In this document: positions 53,268-64,000 of the stretch, piece by piece | How the letters are laid out: every line of letters begins with the position of its first letter | Numbering within the stretch: position 1 is the first letter of the stretch | Assembly: GCF_036488105.1 (NCBI RefSeq) | Contig: NZ_DASXHW010000390.1 | Location: 2,464 to 66,463 of the forward strand | Source of the DNA: Mycobacterium sp. | GTDB taxonomy: Bacteria; Actinomycetota; Actinomycetes; Mycobacteriales; Mycobacteriaceae | Length of the DNA stretch: 64,000 bases | Reading direction: 5' to 3' | Program-made: the position numbers and the translations under genes | The notes under the pieces: model-generated | What the model saw: the letters and a program-made list of their open reading frames with translations, nothing else | What the model was told of the DNA's origin: nothing | Databases searched by the model: none

Positions 53268-54089
53268 TTATCGCGGATCGGCGCTGGGCGCCTGGGTGCT
53301 GCGATTGCCGAATATGTATGTCCCGGTGTGGTTCAGACGCACCCAGGGCGCTGCATAGATCTTGAACCCGCGGTGGCGAGCCAGTCTGCAGAAGTGGTAG
53401 TCCTCTGACAGCAGGCTATTTCCCGAGTCGGGGTCGATGCTCACGGCGTAGAACGCCTTAAGCACGATGCCCGGGGTCGAGCCGTCGACGTAAGACGGCA
53501 CGTCGTCGGACAAGACGTCAAACACGCCGCGCTTTATCAGCATGAATCCGGTTCCCGCGTTGGCGATCTCGACCAGGCCATCGGCACTGACTCGATCGGC
53601 GGAGTCGTCGATCAGATTCAACACCAGCGACCGCTCGTGCTCGGATAGCCGCTCGGGCGGCACGCCCTGTTTGGCCGCCCGAGCCACCTCGCGCCAATGG
53701 ATCTCCTTTTTAGGATAGATACCGCACACGATGTCTTTGTCGGCCCCGACCATGCGAACGATGTCGGCAGGGTCGAATCCGATGTCCGCGTCGATCCACA
53801 TCAAATGGGTGGCCGCTGAGTGAAGGAATTGGAAAGTGAGATAGTTCCTGGCACGCGTCACCAGGCTGTCGTTCATCACGCAGCTGTAGGACAGGCCGAT
53901 CCCGTTTTTGAAGAAGGTAGCCGGTGTGTGGGCAAGCGACATGGTGTAGGTGCCCGCGGCCATCCCCCCGTACATAGGCGTGGCGATGAACACGCTCGGG
54001 CGGGCTGCAGCAACAGGCCCCATGTCGAGCTTTTGCCCGGCGCCCTGCTCGGATAGCTCATCGTTGGACGAATTGCCGTCAGATGTCAC
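53268..54089 (-). CDS. GT-A fold glycosyltransferase-like protein (paralogue 2; start uncertain)
   Basis: VFIATPMYGG, SLVTRARN, WIDAD, GIYPKK, GTGFMLIKR, LSEDYHFC, LNHTG. Confidence 0.75.
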   Translation of the reverse strand: MTSDGNSSNDELSEQGAGQKLDMGPVAAARPSVFIATPMYGGMAAGTYTMSLAHTPATFFKNGIGLSYSCVMNDSLVTRARNYLTFQFLHSAATHLMWIDADIGFDPADIVRMVGADKDIVCGIYPKKEIHWREVARAAKQGVPPERLSEHERSLVLNLIDDSADRVSADGLVEIANAGTGFMLIKRGVFDVLSDDVPSYVDGSTPGIVLKAFYAVSIDPDSGNSLLSEDYHFCRLARHRGFKIYAAPWVRLNHTGTYIFGNRSTQAPSADPR

Positions 54090-54145
54090 GGGTGAGATGT
54101 CCTTATCGCTGCGGGTCTGCCCCCGTCTCGGTGGTGGCAGTCAGC

Positions 54146-55495
<1,350 letters not shown>

Positions 55496-55890
55496 TTAGC
55501 CGTTTGTGATGTACGACTCTTTTGTCGTGAACGTTAAGGAATCCTTATGCCTGAATATCATTGTGCCAGGTCATTTTCGGTTAGCGTGTTGCACGAAATG
55601 CCTGGCGAACCCGGTTGCTGTGTTTGCTCTCAAGGGTTGTTGATGCACCTTGGCGAATATTGTTTAAGGACGCACTGAGTTACCCAAGTGACGTGTGCAA
55701 CAATCGGCAGAAGTGCCCTAATTTCGAAGCAATTACAGCCGCTAGACTCGGCCGGAAGCGGCGCTGCACGCGCCACCACTTACGGATCTGGGCTCTTGTC
55801 CGCGGAAGCATTTGAACGCGCGAGGCGTTGCACGCTCAGACACCCGATGTCCGCCCACCACGGACCAACGATGTAGAGGCTGGTACCACT

Positions 55891-56946
55891 GTGAGCGATG
55901 TAGTTTCCGGGCTGAATGTGGCCCCGGGTTTCACGATGGCAGGGAAGATCGACGCTGGACGCGGTGCCGTGACCGGCATGGCGATCAGCCCTGACGGCAA
56001 CGTCCTGATGACCACCCATTTCGGCGACGACAGCGTCTCGCTGATCGACACCGCGACTGGCGCGGTCGCACTGACCGTCATCGACGTCGAGGAATCGTTC
56101 GCCGTCGCGATGTCTAATAGCCGTGCCTACGTCAGCAGCGTGTCGGCGGAGCACGACTCGGTGCTGGCCTTTGACACCGAATCCAGCGAGATCGTGGCGG
56201 AATACCCGCTGGCGTTCAATGTCACCGACCTGGCGGTCAGCCCGAACGGCCGGCACCTGTACGCCGGCCGGACTGACGTCGAGGGCGCCGACGTGGCGAT
56301 CCTGGACACCAAGACGGGCAAAGAAGACTCGGTCCGCATCGCAGGCACCGCTGGAACGACGACCGGATGCGTGCGGGTGAGCCCGGAGGGTCGCCGGTTG
56401 TATGTCGCGGCCAACGGCTCATCGACCGCGCAACTCGTGATGGTCGACGCTGTGCGCAAGCGTGTGCTGAACGCGGTCGAAATCGTTTCGCCTATCCGGG
56501 ATATCGCGCTCAGCCCCGACGGCACCACCGCTTATGTGGGGAGCGCCGGGCCCGACTTCGGGACGGTGCTCGACATCATCGACACTCGGACGTCCACCGT
56601 CACCGCTACGCACAAGATCGGCGACGTCGCCGGACTGCTCGCCCAGCTGACGGTGAGCCGCGACGGTGAGCGGGCATACCTGGTCGGCGATCAGAACGTG
56701 ACGGTGCTGTCCACTGCCACCCAGGACGTGATCGGCAGCATCGGGGTCGCCGGCGACCCGTCGTGCGCGATCGAGAGCCCGGACGGCAACCGGCTGTACA
56801 TCGCCGACTACGCGGGGACCGTCACCGTCCTGGAAATCGTCGTGACGGCCGCGCCCGCCGACGTGCCGGCTGCGGACGACGAGCTGACCGCTCCACGGCC
56901 GTGGGCCGTGCCCGACCTGCTGCTACTCGAGCCGACGCTGGCCTAG
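55891..56946 (+). CDS. YncE/YVTN beta-propeller protein (Rv1057-like; start uncertain)
   Basis: Repeated SPDG/SPNG blades with 'VSLIDT' strands; lies upstream of fadD14. Confidence 0.85.
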   Translation: MSDVVSGLNVAPGFTMAGKIDAGRGAVTGMAISPDGNVLMTTHFGDDSVSLIDTATGAVALTVIDVEESFAVAMSNSRAYVSSVSAEHDSVLAFDTESSEIVAEYPLAFNVTDLAVSPNGRHLYAGRTDVEGADVAILDTKTGKEDSVRIAGTAGTTTGCVRVSPEGRRLYVAANGSSTAQLVMVDAVRKRVLNAVEIVSPIRDIALSPDGTTAYVGSAGPDFGTVLDIIDTRTSTVTATHKIGDVAGLLAQLTVSRDGERAYLVGDQNVTVLSTATQDVIGSIGVAGDPSCAIESPDGNRLYIADYAGTVTVLEIVVTAAPADVPAADDELTAPRPWAVPDLLLLEPTLA

Positions 56947-57064
56947 CCGCCGACCCGGCCACATCGCCGGTCAGGCGATTGGTCCGGCGTGCAATGATCG
57001 CCACGAGGGCAGGCGTTTGGCGGGCCTGCCCCGGTAGTCAGCCGGAACCAGAGGCGGTCCATCG

Positions 57065-58696
57065 ATGTACAGCACCATGCACAGCTTTCCCCTGACGATC
57101 ACCGCCATTCTGCGGCATGCCACCCACGTGCACGGAGCGCGCAAAGTCAGCACGGCCACCGGCGATGGCTATCGCGAGCACAGCTACGCCGAGATCGGTC
57201 AACAGACCGCGCGGTTGGCGAATGCGTTGCGGCGCATCGGTGTCACCGGCGACCAGCGGGTCGCCACCTTCATGTGGAACAACGCCGAACACCTGGCGGC
57301 CTATCTGGCGGTGCCGGCGATGGGCGCGGTGCTGCATACGCTCAACATCCGGCTGTTCCCCGAACAGATCGTGTACGTCGCCAACGAGGCCGAAGACCGG
57401 GTGGTACTGGTCGATGTGTCGCTGGCCAACCTGCTGGCGCCGATACTCGCCGACCTCAAGACAGTGCAGACCGTGATCGTGGTCGGCGACGGCGACATCG
57501 CCGCGCTGGAAGAATCGGGCAAGACCGTGCTGCGCTACACCGACGTCGTGGCCGCCGAGTCGGACGAATTCGACTGGCCTGACATCGACGAAAACTCCGC
57601 TGCTGCAATGTGTTACACCAGCGGTACCACTGGAAATCCGAAGGGTGTCGTCTACAGCCACCGCTCGAGCTATCTGCACACCATGGCGATCTGCACCAGC
57701 AACGGGATCGGGATCGGCTCCAGCGACTCGGTGTTGCCGATCGTGCCGATGTTTCATGCCAACGCGTGGGGCCTGCCGTACGGTGCGCTGATGGCCGGCG
57801 CGGACCTGGTGCTGCCCGATCGGCATCTGGACGCCAAGTCGCTGGTCGAGATGATCGAGAAGCTGCGACCCACCGTCGCCGGTGCGGTGCCGACGATCTG
57901 GAACGACGTCATGCACTACCTCGAAAAGAATCCCGGCCACGACGTGTCGTCGCTGCGCATGGTTCCCTGCGGCGGCTCGGCCGTCCCGGTGTCGTTGATG
58001 CGCACGTTCGAGGAAAGGCACGGCGTCCAGATCCGCCAACTGTGGGGCATGACCGAAACGTCGCCGACCGCCACCATGGCCTGGCCGCCGCGGGGCACCC
58101 CGGAGGACCAGCACTGGGCGTTCCGCGCGACCCAGGGCCGGCCGCTGTGCGGCGTCGAGACCCGGATCGTCGACGACGACGGGCAGGTGCTGCCCAACGA
58201 CAACGAGGCCGTCGGTGAGGTGGAAGTCCGCGGCCCATGGATCACCAGTTCCTACTATCAGGGACACGACCAGTCCAAATTCGACTCTGGCTGGCTTCGC
58301 ACCGGCGACGTGGGACGCATCGACGAACACGGCTTCATCACGCTGACCGACCGCGCCAAAGACGTGATCAAGTCTGGCGGAGAGTGGATTTCGTCGGTCG
58401 ACTTGGAGAACGCTTTGGTCGGACACCCGGATGTGATCGAAGCCGCCGTGGTCGCGGTCCCTGACGAGCGCTGGCAGGAACGGCCACTGGCCGTCGTCGT
58501 GGCCAGGGAGGGATCCGACATCAAGGCCAGCGATCTGCGAAAGTTCCTCGCTGACAAGGTCGTTCGCTGGTGGCTGCCGGAGCGCTGGACGTTCGTCGAC
58601 GAAATTCCGCGCACCAGCGTTGGCAAATACGACAAGAAGACCATCCGGTCGCGGTATGCCGACGATGTCTACGAGGTCACCGAAGCGCGAGACTGA
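57065..58696 (+). CDS. fadD14: Medium-chain fatty-acid-CoA ligase
   Basis: YTSGTTGNPKG, WGMTE, WLRTGD, IKSGGEWISS, GKYDKK; synteny with Rv1058. Confidence 0.9.
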   Translation: MYSTMHSFPLTITAILRHATHVHGARKVSTATGDGYREHSYAEIGQQTARLANALRRIGVTGDQRVATFMWNNAEHLAAYLAVPAMGAVLHTLNIRLFPEQIVYVANEAEDRVVLVDVSLANLLAPILADLKTVQTVIVVGDGDIAALEESGKTVLRYTDVVAAESDEFDWPDIDENSAAAMCYTSGTTGNPKGVVYSHRSSYLHTMAICTSNGIGIGSSDSVLPIVPMFHANAWGLPYGALMAGADLVLPDRHLDAKSLVEMIEKLRPTVAGAVPTIWNDVMHYLEKNPGHDVSSLRMVPCGGSAVPVSLMRTFEERHGVQIRQLWGMTETSPTATMAWPPRGTPEDQHWAFRATQGRPLCGVETRIVDDDGQVLPNDNEAVGEVEVRGPWITSSYYQGHDQSKFDSGWLRTGDVGRIDEHGFITLTDRAKDVIKSGGEWISSVDLENALVGHPDVIEAAVVAVPDERWQERPLAVVVAREGSDIKASDLRKFLADKVVRWWLPERWTFVDEIPRTSVGKYDKKTIRSRYADDVYEVTEARD

Positions 58697-58709
58697 AGGG
58701 AACGCGGTT

Positions 58710-59768
58710 ATGAGCCTGCGGGTCGTGCAATGGGCAACGGGGTCGGTCGGTGTGGCCGCGACCAAAGGCATACTCGAGCATCCCGAGCTCGAACTGGCCG
58801 GGTGTTGGGTGCATTCGGAAGCCAAGGACGGCAAGGACGTCGGTGACATCATCGGCTGGTCGCCGCTGGGTGTCACCGCGACCAACAGCGTCCAGGAGAT
58901 TCTCGCGCTCGACGCCGACGCGGTGATCTACGCGCCGCTGCTGCCCAATGCCGACGAAGTCGCGGCGCTCCTGCACTCCGGCAAGAACGTCGTCACCCCG
59001 GTCGGCTGGTTCTACCCGGGTGACAAGGAAGCCGCACCGCTGGAGGTCGCTGCCCAAGCCGGCAATGCCACGCTGCACGGCGCGGGCATCGGTCCGGGTG
59101 CCGCGACTGAGTTGTTTCCGCTGCTGCTCTCGGTGATGTCAACCGGCGTGACTTTCGTTCGCTCCGAGGAGTTTTCCGACCTGCGGACCTACGGCGCACC
59201 GGATGTGCTGCGCTACGTGATGGGCTTCGGCGGCACACCGGACAAGGCGCTGACCGGACCGATGCAGAAGATTCTCGACGGCGGATTCTTTCAGTCGGTC
59301 CGGCTGTGCGTGGATCGGCTGGGCTTTGCCGCCGACCCGCAGATTCGCTCGTCGCAAGAGGTGGCGGTGGCGACCGGGCCGATCGACTCGCCGATCGGGG
59401 TGATCGAGCCGGGCCAGGTGGCCGGGCGTCGGTTCCACTGGGAGGCCTTCGTCGGCGACGCCGCGGTGGTCCGGATCACGGTGAACTGGTTGATGGGTGA
59501 GGAAAACCTCGATCCGCCTTGGTCTTTCGGGCCAACCGGGGAACGCTACGAGATCGAGGTCCGCGGCAACCCGGACGCGTTCATCACGGTGAAGGGTTGG
59601 CAGCCGGAAAGTGTGGAAGCCGGGTTGAAGAGCAACCCCGGTGTCGTGGCGACGGCGGCGCACTGCGTGAACGCCGTCCCGGCGACCTGCGCGGCACCAC
59701 CGGGCATCCAGAGTTTCTTCGACCTACCCTTGATCACCGGCCGGGCCGCACCCGGGCTCTCGCGGTAG
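58710..59768 (+). CDS. NAD(P)H-dependent amine dehydrogenase/DapB-like protein (Rv1059-like)
   Basis: VVQWATGSVG, GKNVVT, HGAGIGPG. Confidence 0.82.
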   Translation: MSLRVVQWATGSVGVAATKGILEHPELELAGCWVHSEAKDGKDVGDIIGWSPLGVTATNSVQEILALDADAVIYAPLLPNADEVAALLHSGKNVVTPVGWFYPGDKEAAPLEVAAQAGNATLHGAGIGPGAATELFPLLLSVMSTGVTFVRSEEFSDLRTYGAPDVLRYVMGFGGTPDKALTGPMQKILDGGFFQSVRLCVDRLGFAADPQIRSSQEVAVATGPIDSPIGVIEPGQVAGRRFHWEAFVGDAAVVRITVNWLMGEENLDPPWSFGPTGERYEIEVRGNPDAFITVKGWQPESVEAGLKSNPGVVATAAHCVNAVPATCAAPPGIQSFFDLPLITGRAAPGLSR

Positions 59769-59777
59769 CCTGCCCCC

Positions 59778-60251
59778 ATGGCAAAGACTCTGGCAGTCCA
59801 GCAATCGCGGGTGATTCCGGTCAGCGTCGACGATGCCTTTGCCGGAACCCTGCCGATACCGCTGACCACCGTTTTCAGCCGCTGGTACGGACCCATCGGG
59901 CCGGTCAAAGAAGTCCGGGATCAGAGCGGCGACTGGGATGTGGCCGGGCAGACGCGCACGGTGATGCTGAGCCCGACCGGCAGCTTCCACGAGGAGCTGA
60001 CCCGTCTGGACCCGCCGCATTCGTTCGGCTACGCGCTCACCGAAATCACCGGACCGCTGGGATTGCTAGTCGGCAGGGCTGAGGGCGAGTGGACCTTCGC
60101 CCCGACCGGCACCGCGACGACGATCACCTGGAGCTGGAACATTCACGCCGCATCGAGTCTCGCGGCGCCGTTGCTGCCGGTGCTGGGCACGTTGTGGAAG
60201 GGTTACGCGCGCCAGTCGCTGGCGACGCTGTCTGCCGAGCTGACTCGCTGA
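59778..60251 (+). CDS. SRPBCC-family protein (Rv1060-like)
   Basis: Size, GQTRTV, GEWTF..TTITWSW; synteny. Confidence 0.8.
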   Translation: MAKTLAVQQSRVIPVSVDDAFAGTLPIPLTTVFSRWYGPIGPVKEVRDQSGDWDVAGQTRTVMLSPTGSFHEELTRLDPPHSFGYALTEITGPLGLLVGRAEGEWTFAPTGTATTITWSWNIHAASSLAAPLLPVLGTLWKGYARQSLATLSAELTR

Positions 60252-61120
60252 TGTGCCGGCTCTTCGGGCTGCACTCCGGGACAAACGTTGTCACCGCGAC
60301 GTTTTGGCTACTGGATGCTCCTGACAACCTTTCCGAGCAGAGCAGACGAAATCCCGACGGGACCGGACTCGGTGTTTTCGACGGCCAAGGCAACCCGCAG
60401 ATTCGCAAGCAGCCGATCGCTGCCTGGCAGGATGCCGACTTCGCCACCGAAGCCCACGACCTGACCGGCACAACCTTCATCGCTCATGTTCGCTACGCGA
60501 CCACGGGAGCCCACCAGGTGGTCAACACCCATCCGTTCCTGCAAGACGGCCGCATCTTCGCGCACAACGGCGTAGTGGAAGGTCTGGATGTGCTCGACGT
60601 GCGACTGCGTGAGCTCGGCACGGCTGACCTGGTGTTGGGGCAGACCGACTCCGAGCGGATATTCGCCCTGATTACCGCATCGATCCGGGCCCGGAGCGAT
60701 GACGTCACCGCCGGCCTGGTCGACGCGATGCGCTGGTTGGCCGACAACGTGCCGATCTACGCGGTCAACATCGTACTCAGCACGGCCACCGACCTCTGGG
60801 CCTTGCGCTACCCGGAGCCGAACGAGCTCTACATCTTGGACCGTCGAGAAGCACCGTCGGATCACCGATTCCATCTGCGCACCAACCGTATTCGTGCGGA
60901 CAGTGACCATCTGCGGTCCCGGCCGTCAGTGGTGTTCGCCAGCGAGCGGATGGACGACGATCCGCGATGGCGGCTGTTGGAACCGGGCGAGCTGGTCCAT
61001 GTCGACTCCGCGCTGCAGATCACCAGGGACGTGGTGTTGCCCGATCCGCCTCGACACCAGCTGCGCCCAGCGGATCTCAACGCTGCGGCGCAAGTGGCGC
61101 AGCACAATTCGTCGAAGTGA
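60251..61120 (+). CDS. Class II glutamine amidotransferase (Rv1061-like)
   Basis: N-terminal MCRLFG, AHVRYAT, NTHPF, FAHNG, GQTDSE. Confidence 0.9.
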   Translation: MCRLFGLHSGTNVVTATFWLLDAPDNLSEQSRRNPDGTGLGVFDGQGNPQIRKQPIAAWQDADFATEAHDLTGTTFIAHVRYATTGAHQVVNTHPFLQDGRIFAHNGVVEGLDVLDVRLRELGTADLVLGQTDSERIFALITASIRARSDDVTAGLVDAMRWLADNVPIYAVNIVLSTATDLWALRYPEPNELYILDRREAPSDHRFHLRTNRIRADSDHLRSRPSVVFASERMDDDPRWRLLEPGELVHVDSALQITRDVVLPDPPRHQLRPADLNAAAQVAQHNSSK

Positions 61121-61977
61121 CGACCAAACGCGCGCTGGTGCTGGGCGGCGGCGGGATAGCGGGAATCGCTTGGGAGACAGGCATTCTGGCAGGTATCGCC
61201 GATGAGTCTCCGGCCGCGGCGGCGGCCTTGCTGGATTCCGACGTGCTGCTCGGCACTTCGGCCGGCTCAGCGGTTGTCGCACAGCTCAGCAGCGGCCTCG
61301 ATCTGGTGGAGCTGTTCGCGCGGCAGGTCAGCGAGACGTCCGCCGAACTCGACCCCGGCGTCGGAATCGAGACCATTATGGATCTCTTCCTGGCCGCCCT
61401 GTCGGACCCGGACACCACGGTCGTGCAGAAGCGACAACGGATTGGGGCGGTCGCGCTGGCAGCCGATACCGTGGCCGAGCCGTTGCGGCGCAACGTGATC
61501 GCGCAGCGGCTTCCTTCCCACGTCTGGCCCGACCGGGTGCTCCGCCTCACCGCCATCGACGCCGCCACCGGCGAATTGGTAGTGCTCGACCGCGATTCCG
61601 GCGTCGACCTGGTCGATGCGGTAACCGCAAGCTGTGCGGTACCCGGAGCCTGGCCGCCGGTGACGATCGGTAATCGGCGTTACATGGACGGCGGCATCGG
61701 CAGCACGATCAACCTCGACGTCGCCGATGACTGCGCCGTGGCGGTGGCGCTGGTGCCCGCCGGTGAATCGGCGCCGTCTGCGTTCGGCGCCGGACCGGCC
61801 TTGGAGATCAACGGGTTTCGCGGTGCGGCGCTGGGTGTGTTCGCCGACGAGGAGTCGCTGGCGGCTTTTGGGCCGAACGCACTCGATCCGCGCTGCCGCG
61901 TGCCCTCCGCGCATGCCGGGCGTGCGCAGGGCCGGCGGGAGGCGGCGGCCGTCGCGGCGTTCCTCGGCGTCAGGTGA
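61117..61977 (+). CDS. Patatin-like phospholipase (Rv1062-like)
   Basis: LGGGG, GTSAG, DGG. Confidence 0.9.
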   Translation: MTTKRALVLGGGGIAGIAWETGILAGIADESPAAAAALLDSDVLLGTSAGSAVVAQLSSGLDLVELFARQVSETSAELDPGVGIETIMDLFLAALSDPDTTVVQKRQRIGAVALAADTVAEPLRRNVIAQRLPSHVWPDRVLRLTAIDAATGELVVLDRDSGVDLVDAVTASCAVPGAWPPVTIGNRRYMDGGIGSTINLDVADDCAVAVALVPAGESAPSAFGAGPALEINGFRGAALGVFADEESLAAFGPNALDPRCRVPSAHAGRAQGRREAAAVAAFLGVR

Positions 61978-62959
61978 TGCCAGTCTTGTTCAGGCGGGTC
62001 AGCGCCCGGGCAGCCAACTCGCGGCCGGTCTCGATCACCTCTGCCGCGCGGTGGAATTCCAGACTGCGGCAAGCTGAGCGTGGCACCTCGATCAGCAGGT
62101 CGGGCGGATAAGCCGCCAATGTGTGGCGGGCCAGCGCGGCCTGGGCAATGTCGATGGTGCGGTTCATCACCTCGAAACTGCCGAGCCTGGGAGGTTCGGA
62201 CTCCGGGACGCCCTCCGAGGTGTCTGCGTCGTCCGCGTCTTCTGTACTCGACGTGCCGAACCGGTCGAGCACCGCGCGTGCGGTCGGCGAATCCAGCAGC
62301 GCCGACGTACTGCTCAGCATCCGGTTCAGCCACTCGGTGGTGGGCCGGGGTTCGGGCGCTGGGTCGCCGCCGCCGGCCTCGCTGCCGGACAGGCTGACGG
62401 CGATGGTCAGGTCGGCGTTGACGGCCGCGATCGGCGCCATCGGCAGCGGGTCGAGGATGCCGCCGTCGGCCAGCAGCCGCCCGTCGACGACGTGCGGCGC
62501 GATGACGCCCGGGATCGCGATCGACGCGCGGATCGCCTCGTCGACCGCCCCGCGCTGCAACCACACCGACTTGCCGGCCAGCAGATCGGTGCACACCGCG
62601 GTGTAGGGGATCGACAGCTCCTCGATGGTGGCGGCGCCGAGGATGTCGCGCACCGCGTCGAGAATCTTCTCGGCCCGCAGCACGCCGGCTGCGGTGATCG
62701 ACGGATCCAGCAGCCGCAGGATTGATCGCTGCGTCAATGACCTTGCCCAGTCGGCGAATTGGTCGAGCCGCTCGGCCGCTTGTAGCCCTCCGACGAGCGC
62801 CCCCATCGACGAACCGGCGATCCCGGCGATCTGATAGCCGCGGTCCTGCAACTCGTGGATCACCCCGATGTGGGCGTACCCGCGGGCGCCGCCGCTGCCC
62901 AGCGCCAACGCCACCCGCCGCCCGGGTTCCGGTTCGGGCGCTAGGTCGGCGTCGGTCAT
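61970..62959 (-). CDS. Patatin/NTE-family phospholipase (Rv1063c-like)
   Basis: LGSGGARG, GSSMG, DGG. Confidence 0.9.
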   Translation of the reverse strand: MTDADLAPEPEPGRRVALALGSGGARGYAHIGVIHELQDRGYQIAGIAGSSMGALVGGLQAAERLDQFADWARSLTQRSILRLLDPSITAAGVLRAEKILDAVRDILGAATIEELSIPYTAVCTDLLAGKSVWLQRGAVDEAIRASIAIPGVIAPHVVDGRLLADGGILDPLPMAPIAAVNADLTIAVSLSGSEAGGGDPAPEPRPTTEWLNRMLSSTSALLDSPTARAVLDRFGTSSTEDADDADTSEGVPESEPPRLGSFEVMNRTIDIAQAALARHTLAAYPPDLLIEVPRSACRSLEFHRAAEVIETGRELAARALTRLNKTGIT

Positions 62960-63062
62960 GGGCTCATTGTTCCCCGTGCGGGAACGTTGGGGCGCACAGC
63001 ACCCACACGAGGAGGGTCCGGCAGCCAATTGGTGGCGACCGCCGAACCTCGCGGGCAGGAGA

Positions 63063-63746
63063 TCAGCCGCGGTGGGCGCTGATCAGGAACGAGGGCAGCT
63101 GCGCGCGGCCGTCGGACCCGATTGTCACGTTGCGGTATTCGAAACCGTCGGGCAGGGTCCGCGGCACGTTGACCCACGCACGCGCTGGCCGCACCTCGTC
63201 GACGATGAGGTGCCTGCCGACCGTCTCGCGCAATTCTGGCTCGGTGAATGGCCGTGGCCCGAAGTCGGCATTGGGCGGGAAGGCGTCGGTCGAGAAAACC
63301 AGGGCAAAGAATCTCCCGCCAGGCCGCAGCGCCCGTGCGCTCGATTCGATGTAGCCGTTGCGCAACTGCTCGGGCAGGCAATGAAATACCAGTCCGTCGA
63401 CGACGGTATAGAAGTAGTTTTCGTAGCCTGTCGATTTCGAGAGGTCGGCGATGCCAAATTCGACGTCCTGACCGCCACTGGCTGCTGCGCGCCTAGCTCG
63501 CTCGATGGCGCTGCTGGAAAGGTCGAGGCCGACGGCGTCATATCCTTTTTGGGCAAGTGCCAATGTCGTGACTCCGACTCCGCAGCCAGAGTCGAGAACC
63601 GGGCTTCGGAAACGCCCCTGACGCTCCAGGGCGGCGAGCTCGGGTTGCAATTCGCCGATATTCCAGCCTGGATTTCCGGGTGCGTAGGACGCTTCTCCGT
63701 TGTACAGCTCATCCCAGTCGACGCTGTTCACGTTAAATGTTGGCAT
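63063..63746 (-). CDS. Class I SAM-dependent methyltransferase
   Basis: WDELY, WNIGELQP, VLDSGCGVG, GLDLS, VFHCL, LRPGG. Confidence 0.85.
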   Translation of the reverse strand: MPTFNVNSVDWDELYNGEASYAPGNPGWNIGELQPELAALERQGRFRSPVLDSGCGVGVTTLALAQKGYDAVGLDLSSSAIERARRAAASGGQDVEFGIADLSKSTGYENYFYTVVDGLVFHCLPEQLRNGYIESSARALRPGGRFFALVFSTDAFPPNADFGPRPFTEPELRETVGRHLIVDEVRPARAWVNVPRTLPDGFEYRNVTIGSDGRAQLPSFLISAHRG

Positions 63747-64000
63747 AGCACCGAAGCTAAGCACGCCGAACAACGGAGGCAACTGACCGAAGCCATTTTA
63801 ACGACTTTAATACGGCGCCGGTTCGCGTGCATTATGCGTCGGAAAATTGAAAACAAGCTGGAGATTTCCTTTGGCTATGCCAAAGCCTCCCCAACGTCGT
63901 TGCATCGGCTGAAAGCCTGCCGGCGAATGCTCGGACTGCAAAGAGAAATCTATTTACCGGCCGGGTCGCTACTGCCGTCCAGCCCCGAACCCGCTTTTTG

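Overview
High-GC DNA from a slow-growing (ESX-5-bearing) non-tuberculous Mycobacterium. Orthology calls come from recalled M. tuberculosis sequences and gene order, not from database searches. Positions 1-44.9 kb follow the Rv1860-Rv1811 block in reverse: apa, modA, ndh, blaI/blaR, gnd, guaB1, CBS pair, glcB, gcvP with a tandem glycine riboswitch, garA, gcvH, pgsA2, secA2, ilvG, bacA, erg3, mgtC. modBC, the urease operon and several other genes are missing from this block. A few genes are inserted: a CYP138 plus O-methyltransferase pair, an FhuF-like gene, a Leu-rich repeat protein, a lectin-LysM protein. From about 46.7 kb the order switches to the Rv1037c-Rv1063c block: ESX-5a (esxI, esxJ, PPE15, PE8), tRNA-Leu(TAA) and Rv1057-Rv1063c. 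The two most notable features are (i) a co-oriented run of PE8, PPE15, EsxJ, EsxI, an NRMT-type Mg2+ transporter and MgtC at the junction, and (ii) a four-gene accessory cassette after the tRNA, with two paralogous GT-A glycosyltransferases, a degenerate sulfotransferase-TPR fusion and an Rv2067c-like methyltransferase. Elements read directly from the sequence and absent from the ORF track include an MrsI-like sRNA, two IdeR boxes, a BlaI operator, a perfect CRP site, triple MprA-type repeats, TetR operators and a 25-codon leader ORF coupled to the CBS/CorC-type genes. No CRISPR array, transposase or integrase was seen.
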